From an uncultured Planctomycetaceae bacterium (GTDB taxonomy: Bacteria; Planctomycetota; Planctomycetia; Planctomycetales; Planctomycetaceae): 64,000 nt of DNA. The translations under genes were made by a program, and so were the position numbers. The stretch covers positions 960,001 through 1,024,000 of the forward strand of contig CAWFAK010000007.1 of NCBI GenBank assembly GCA_963813715.1. The letters are read 5' to 3'. Below, piece after piece: positions 57,574 to 64,000 of the stretch (positions are counted from its first letter, which is position 1; each line of letters begins with the position of its first letter). The notes beneath the pieces are model-generated. The model saw nothing but the letters and a program-made list of their open reading frames with translations. It made no database searches and had not been told where the DNA came from.

Positions 57574-59645
57574 GTGGCCTTTCTGGTTTCTCAAAAACGC
57601 GGCGATCGCCTCGGGACGTCCCAAACCGGGCAACTGGCCGTCGAGCACATTCCTGGATTAACGAAGCTGTGGGCCGCGACCAGCGGCGCCCCCGAAATTC
57701 ATGTCGCGATCTTGGATGCGCCGGTCGATCGGGCCAATCCCTGCCTGGCAGCCGCGAGGATCGATCAAGCCTGGTTGGGAGAGCAGACGCACTGCTCTTC
57801 GCACGGAACCGAAGTCGCCAGCGTGATCTTCGGGCAGCACGACTCGGCCGTGCGGGGAATCGCGCCGGGCTGTCGCGGAATCAGCATTCCCATTTACAAG
57901 TGCGATCCCGTTCGCTCTCCCGCGACGAATCAAGTGCAACTGGCTCGCGCGATTCATGAAGCCCTGGCGGCCGGCGGCGCACGTCATCAACGTGAGCGCC
58001 GGACAGTTGGTTCCCTCTGGCATCGCGGAGCCCGAGTTAGCGGCAGCCGTCCGCGCCTGTGCTTCGGCCGGAGTTCTGATCATCGCCGCCGTCGGAAACG
58101 ACGGTTGCGACTGCCTGCATGTGCCGGCCGCACTCCCCTGTGTTCTGGCCGTCGGCGCCATGCGATGGGACGGCAGCCCGGTGCCGGGCAGCAACTGGGG
58201 ATCCATTTACCAAACGCAGGGAATTTTGGCCCCAGGTGAGAACATCGACGTCTGCGGTGCGAACGGACAGCCGATGTCGCGGACGGGATCGAGCTACGCG
58301 ACGGCCATCGTCGCCGGCGTGGCGGCCTTGCTGCTCAGCCGAGAACTCAAACTGGGGCGTTCTCTCCGACCACTTCTTGTTCGCAAGGCCCTGCTAAGCG
58401 CAGCCGACCGATTGGCTCGTGCATCCGCCGACGAAAGGCACCGTTTTCTCGCTGGTCGTTTAGATATTACGGCAACAACGATCTTCCTCGACACCTGGAG
58501 CAACACCATGTCCGATAGCATGAATCTCGACCTGCCCGGTGAAGGCATCTCCGACGGAGGCGCCCCGTGCGACGCCGTGCCCGTCAGTATCCAGCCCTCC
58601 GCCGAGCGAAACGTCGATCCTCCGCGGCTGACGCAGCCTGGCATCTTGCCGACGCAACCGGAACGCCAGGAACGACGCACGAACGCCGTCGAGCCCTCGG
58701 CATGCTCCAGCTGCCGCGGCGAACGTCAGTTGGTCTATGCCCTGGGACGATTGAACTACGACTTCGGCAGCGAGGCCGGCTTGGACGCATTTAAGCAGCG
58801 GATGCGCCATCTGCGACTTCCCGGATGCGATGATCCCAAAATCTTCTGGGAAAATGCGAACCCACTCGATGAACGGCAGTTGAAGATTTTCCTCGGCGCC
58901 ATTCCCGAACAGGAAGCAGATGCGTGGATCTCGGCCCTGCTTTGGACCTTGGAGGTCGGCGGATTGCCGCTCTACGTCATTCGGCCGGAAGGCCCACAAG
59001 CGTCGGTGGCCTACAGGAGCCTCAAGGATTATTACTTTGAGCAATTCCCAACGCACACGAAGCACGAAGAGGCGGAAAACAAGGGGGAACACCAGCACCA
59101 TCAGCAGGACCAACACCAGCAGCAAGCCCCACAAGAGTGCGCAATCGCCGAACAAGTTGGCGTTCCAGGTATCATCGCGGGCCAAGCAACGCTGCATAAC
59201 GGTCTGCGCGTGCCGGCGATCAACCCAGACCTACGGGCCCTCTGCAATTGGAATCGGCATTGTTTGGTCACACAAGTTTTGGGGGACGCACCGGATGCCG
59301 CGCTCAAAGAGTCGCTGGAGGAGTTCCTGGACCACCTCTACTTCGAGTTGCAGAATGCCGGCCTCACCTCGCGAGACCGATCCCTGAATTACGCGGCGAC
59401 CAACCTCGCCGAACCCAAGAAGATTTTCGTCAAAGAGCTCAAGAACAAACACTCACTGGATTCGATCGGCGCCGAGCGCAGCAAACTCTGTCGTCCCGGC
59501 TCCGATTGTTGGGACGTCACGCTGTCGTTCTTCGACCCGAAGAATCCGCTGCACACCGTGCGACTCGGTGCACCGTTACACCATCGATGTCAGCGAGGTG
59601 CTTCCCGTCACAGTCGGCGAGATCCGTTCCTGGAAGACTCGGTAA
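57574..59645 (+). CDS. PatA/PatG family cyanobactin-type S8 protease (PatA-type) with C-terminal PatG-domain; frameshifts ~57975 and ~59567
   Basis: ILDAPVD (Asp), SHGTEVASVIFGQHDS (His), AAVGNDGCDCLHVPAALP, SNWG...QGILAPG and TGSSYAT (Ser); QLVYALGRLNYDFGSEA, SLNYAATN, CRPGSDCWDVTLSFFDP and YTIDVSEVLPVTVGEIRSW. Start is approximate. Confidence 0.92.
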
Positions 59646-59726
59646 CGAAACTTGCAAACTGACGGCTGAGGTTGGGGCGTAGGCGACGCCCCATTGGCCG
59701 GTTTGGTCAGCGCGGCCGGCAACGGC

Positions 59727-61178
59727 CTACGGGAAGAGCTGCGCATACCGCTCGAGGCGATCCGAGCTCGCCAGGCGGCGGAAGATTTCGGGGAAAAGTG
59801 CCAGAGAAATCTGGCACTCCACCTCATCAATTCGCTCTAAGCCCGATCGGGCGAGACACGTGCCTCCGCAGAAGCTGCGCCAATCGCAGTTCTGGCAGGG
59901 ACTGAGACTGGCCGTCGAGCGGCCGCGGATCGTGTCGGCGATCGGGCTGTCGAGGGCGGCCGCGATTCCGTCGCGCTCCATGTGGCCCAACGAGAGGGTG
60001 CGGTCGCCGATGCAGTCGCACGACTCGATCGTCCCGTCGACGCTGATCGAAACGAGGTCCCGGGCCGCGCCGCAGCCATCGCGCAGACACATGCTCCGCC
60101 GATCGCCCGAGAGGACGTTGCGCAGATAGCGCAAAACCGGCGCGACGGTCATCTGGTCGAACTCGCCGGCCTCCACCGCGTCGAAGAGCTCGAAATACGA
60201 TTGGATGACGACGTCGGTGTCGGGAGCAAAATGGGGCATCTGTGTCGCGCGGCCGAGCGGCTGGAAGAGCGTTGCGTCCCAGTGCTTGATGCCGAGGTCG
60301 CGCATGTAGCGGGCCGTCTCGAGCAGTCGGGCGGCGTTCGTGGACGTGACCGTCGTCAGCACGGCGACTTTGGCCAACAGGCGAGGGTTCGAGCGCAGAG
60401 CTTTTTCGATCTCGTCGAACCGTCCCCGTCCCGAGTGATCGACGCGGTGCCGATCGTTGAGGGCGGCCGGTCCGTCGAGGGAAACGCCGATCGAGACCCG
60501 GTTCTCGAGCAGGAAGTCGACGGTTGCCGGCGAGAAATGGCGGCCGTTGGTCTGCACCGAGAAGCGGACCTCGCGTTCTGCCGCGCGGGCGGCTTCGCAC
60601 GCGAAGGGAACGAGCGCGCGGATCTGATCGATGGCCAGAAGCGGTTCGCCGCCATGAAACAAGATTTTGAGGACGGGGCCGGAGCGGGCCAGCGAATCGA
60701 CGATCGCCTTTCGGGCGACCTCGTCCGACAGGCGACGTGAATAGTTCTCGGCCCGAAAGTCGTAGCAATAGTCGCAGGCCAGATCGCAGAAACCGACGAG
60801 CTTGAGGATCAGCGTGTTGAGCGAGCCCGATCCCGCGTTCAATGAACCCGGACGCACACCTCCCTGGCAGCCGGCTCCCTATTGGTCCCGAATCAATCCC
60901 GAGTTTCGCAGGGGATCGAAGAGCGGCGATCGCTCGAGCGCAGGGTCCTCGAAGCCGCTCGACTCGCAGGCGTCGAGAAATTCTTGGACCGCGCCCACTG
61001 ACTGGACCCTGACCATCACCCAGCTGCCGCTGGGCGGGTGGAGCAAGAGGGCAAGCTCGTCGCTCAGGCGGCGCTCGCGAATCGGGCGCAGAACGCGATA
61101 TCGCGGCGGGGCACCCAGCACGGGAAGCGGCGACAACGAGGGCATCGCAATCGTCCCCAGTCCTGACTCAGTGCTCAT
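59727..61178 (-). CDS. Radical SAM/SPASM peptide maturase with N-terminal RRE/PqqD-like domain; in-frame TAG at 60879-60881
   Basis: CDLACDYC, FHGGEPLL, QTNG and GVSLDGP; SPASM Cys pattern MCLRDGCG...SCDC...CQNCDWRSFCGGTC...C. The upstream 99-aa segment (LLLHPPSGSWVMV...LRNSGLI) is in the same frame. Confidence 0.88.
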
Positions 61179-61450
61179 TCCTGGTCGACGTTCTTCATCC
61201 AAATCGACATGAAAGAGAGCCCTTGCGGAACCGCGCTGGCTTTCACAATGGCGATTTCCTTGACGTCAAACTTAGACGTCGCGGCAGAAGTTAACCGGCC
61301 GATTCCGTGGAGCACATCGCGACTCACATCGTCGGCGATCGCGTCCGGGACGATGATCGTGACATTGTCGTCTGTGCTCGGACTCACGGTGTCGAGCGAT
61401 GTCTTCTTGTCTTTTTTCCCCTTTTTGCCCTTCTTTTTCTTTTTCGACAT
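61175..61450 (-). CDS. 91-aa peptide, candidate radical SAM substrate
   Basis: Lys-rich N-terminus; C-terminal GLSFMSIWMKNVDQE; the stop overlaps the maturase ATG (ATGA). Confidence 0.7.
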   Translation of the reverse strand: MSKKKKKGKKGKKDKKTSLDTVSPSTDDNVTIIVPDAIADDVSRDVLHGIGRLTSAATSKFDVKEIAIVKASAVPQGLSFMSIWMKNVDQE

Positions 61451-61563
61451 GCGAGGCCCTTTCCCGGTTGTGGAGCCTGGTCGTTGAACCTGGTTGCGGA
61501 CTCTGGTTGTCGGACCTCCGTTGTCGTGTTCTCTCCATTAAACGCGAGTTGCCTGCCCCGATG

Positions 61564-63865
61564 CTAAGGGGATTTTGCGGCGGATGCCAGCATTGTTTTG
61601 GCCTCATTGTCGAGGCCGGTCAGCTGGCCCGGGGTGAGATGCTCCTTTTGTTTCCAGGCTTCGGCCTTCCGATAGAACTCTTCGGCCCGCGGTTTGTCGC
61701 CGAGCTTCCACCAGGCCATGGCCGCGTAGTACCAATCGAAGCCGTCGCCGCCATCCCGCAGGATCATCGACTCGTCGAGCGAAGCGACGGCCGACCGAAA
61801 ATCGCCCGCCCGGTATTGGGCGACACCCAACGTGTTCCAGTAATTGGCATTTCGCGGCGACATGTCGACCGCCTTGTGCGCGAGGGCGATCGCTTTTTCC
61901 GGATTCCGGATCTTCGGATCGCGATTGTTCGCGAAGACCCAGGCCATCCAGGCGTGCGGATCGGGGTTGGTCGGATCGACCTCGGCGGCGCGCTGGAGCC
62001 ATTCCAGCTCGTGTGGAACGTCGGACCTGAGTTCGTACTTCGTGCCGCACTCGGTGCAATAAAGCGAGAGTTCGCGCTTGTATTGAGAGTTTTCGGGATG
62101 CCGCTCGACGAGGCGTTTGCTGATTTCGATCGACTTGCCGATCGAGCGGAGCGAGGCTTCGATGTCGCTGAGGCGCGGACTCGGCGCCGGACACGTAGTA
62201 GTGAAGGCCGGCAAGATCGTGCGAAAAACCGGCGACGTCGGGATATTGGTCAGCCAAATCCTGCCAGACGTCGCGACTACGCTGCAGAAGCTCCACTCCG
62301 TCGCTGCGGATTCGACGGGCCGCTCGATTTGCGGTTCACATAGTGCGGAAAGCGAAACAGCCCTCCCCTCAGAGGTTCGAGGTCCGCCAGGCCGGCCCCT
62401 TGTTGCCGCAATTTCTCCAGACCGGCGAGGCCCTGTTCCATCTCGGTCTGGGCCTCGTCGGGCTCGCCGTTGACGAGATGTAACTGCCAAAGACGAAAGT
62501 GCGTGGCCGCGACCTCGGCCGCCAGAGCCGGACTCTCGGCGTTTTGAGCGAGAAACTTCTGATAATAGTCCATCGCCGTCGAGACCAGCTCGCGGCGTAG
62601 CGGCTGCACTCCCGGCTCGTCGAGCAAGGGATTGTCGCTGATCGCGGCGAAGTCATCGACCGCGTGTCGGGCCGCCTGCAGGTTAGTCTCGGCATCGACG
62701 CGAGCGTCGCGCTCGCGATCGCGGGCAGCGGCGATCGTCAACGCATCGTACGTCATCACAATGGCAAGCGAGATCGGAACGAACAGAGCCAGGCCGATCG
62801 CCGCAGCCTGCCATGGCTTCCGCTGACACCAGCGCCAAATCCGCTTGGGCCGGCTGGTCCTGCGAGCATAGATCGGTTCCAACCGCAGCCAGCGGTGCAA
62901 ATCATCGGCGAATTCCTGCGCCGTCTGGTAACGGCGAGAGCGTCCTTGTCGATCGCCTTGAGGCAGATCGTCTCCAGGTCGGCCGGGATATAGTTGTTGA
63001 AACTGCGGGGGTTGCGGGGCTCTTCGTTCATCACCCGCTGGATCAGCATCTGGATGTTGCCCCCGAACGGCCGCTCCCCCGTCAACAGCTCAAAGAGCAC
63101 GATGCCCAAGCTGTAGATGTCGCTGCGGCGATCGAGTTCGTGCGAGTTGCCGGCCGCCTGCTCGGGGCTCATGTAGGCCGGCGTTCCGAGAATCTGCCCC
63201 TCCATCGTCAGCGTGACATCGCACTCGGGCCGCAGCGCCAGTCCAAAATCCAGAATTCGCGGCCGGGCGTTCTGGTCAATGATGATGTTCGACGGCTTGA
63301 TGTCGCGATGGACGACGTTGCGCTGGTGGGCGTACTCGAGTCCCTCGGCAACCGCCGCCACAAGCAGCGCCGACTCGCGAAGGGCAAAACGCCGCTGGTT
63401 CATCAGCTTGTCGAGCGATGACCCCAGGACCAGTTCGCTCACAATGCAGGTGCGACCGTCGACCTTGCAAAGATCGAAGATCGGCACGATGGCCGGATGG
63501 TGCAGCTGGGAGGCGCTGCGTGCTTCGCGGGTGAATCGTTGGAATTCGGTCGCGGTCTCCGGGAGCTCTCGTCGCGGCACTTTGAGGGCCACCATCCGGT
63601 CGAGATCCGGGTCGTAGGCCGCGAATACGGTGCCGAAGCCGCCTCGCCCGATCCGATTGATAACCCGAAATCGCCCGACGTTTTTCAGCTCGTCACCAGG
63701 CGACGCGGGCCCTGCGAACTCGGCTGGAACCGGGCCGGTTGGGGCGGTCACATCCTGCTGGAATGCGATGGTCAGGTCGCACTTGGGACAGCGGCTGACC
63801 TGGCCGAATCCCTCCGACGGGATCTCCAGGGGGCTCAAGCACCTGGGGCAGAGCGCTTGCATCAA
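61564..63865 (-). CDS. Ser/Thr protein kinase with N-terminal Zn-ribbon and C-terminal TPRs (several frameshifts at 62.2-62.95 kb)
   Basis: CPRC...[21 protein letters not shown] and [28 protein letters not shown] tail. Confidence 0.88.
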
Positions 63866-64000
63866 TCTCTCCAGCGGTGAATGGTCGCGCCGACCAAAAG
63901 GCGACGTTCACAATCAGGAGCGAGCGAGATGGTTTTTGCTGCCAGCGGAATGCGTTCGCGTGGCCGTCGAATGCCGCTCTGAGGATTGACGTGCCGGGAG

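Noticed and set aside
57574..59645. PatG-type macrocyclase or a complete cyanobactin cluster
   Set aside because: Short Asp-to-His spacing with no capping insertion, no oxidase domain, and no YcaO or PatF genes in the window.
59727..60857. Anaerobic sulfatase-maturating enzyme
   Set aside because: No sulfatase nearby; the extra N-terminal domain and coupled peptide favour a peptide maturase, though anSME is not formally excluded.

Overview
GC-rich bacterial window, most likely from a planctomycete: it carries TIGR02999/ECF43-type sigma factors paired with large Ser/Thr kinases, LEDR/LEERLLLS-type secretion leaders and a PEP-CTERM gene. It is an accessory-type mosaic with six Ser/Thr kinase loci (WD40 or TPR tails), two intact and three relic ECF sigma genes, a surface-protein/TPR-sulfotransferase block, two orphan tRNA/tmRNA 3'-end fragments (att-like scars) and a stretch of gene fragments at about 45-51 kb. 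Many genes are broken by 1-2 nt indels in GC-dinucleotide contexts, probably consensus errors. A few carry in-frame stops. The most interesting locus is 57.2-61.5 kb, where two convergent peptide-maturation modules meet. (i) A 69-aa precursor with a PatE-like leader (LPxQxxxVxR ... VRPN) and a 9-Cys core sits next to a PatA-type S8 protease with the PatA/PatG C-terminal domain, with no heterocyclase or macrocyclase in view. (ii) A 91-aa peptide ending FMSIWMKNVDQE is translationally coupled to a radical SAM/SPASM enzyme that has an N-terminal RRE-like domain. Together they suggest an undescribed RiPP system. All family assignments come from motif recognition by eye; no searches were run.
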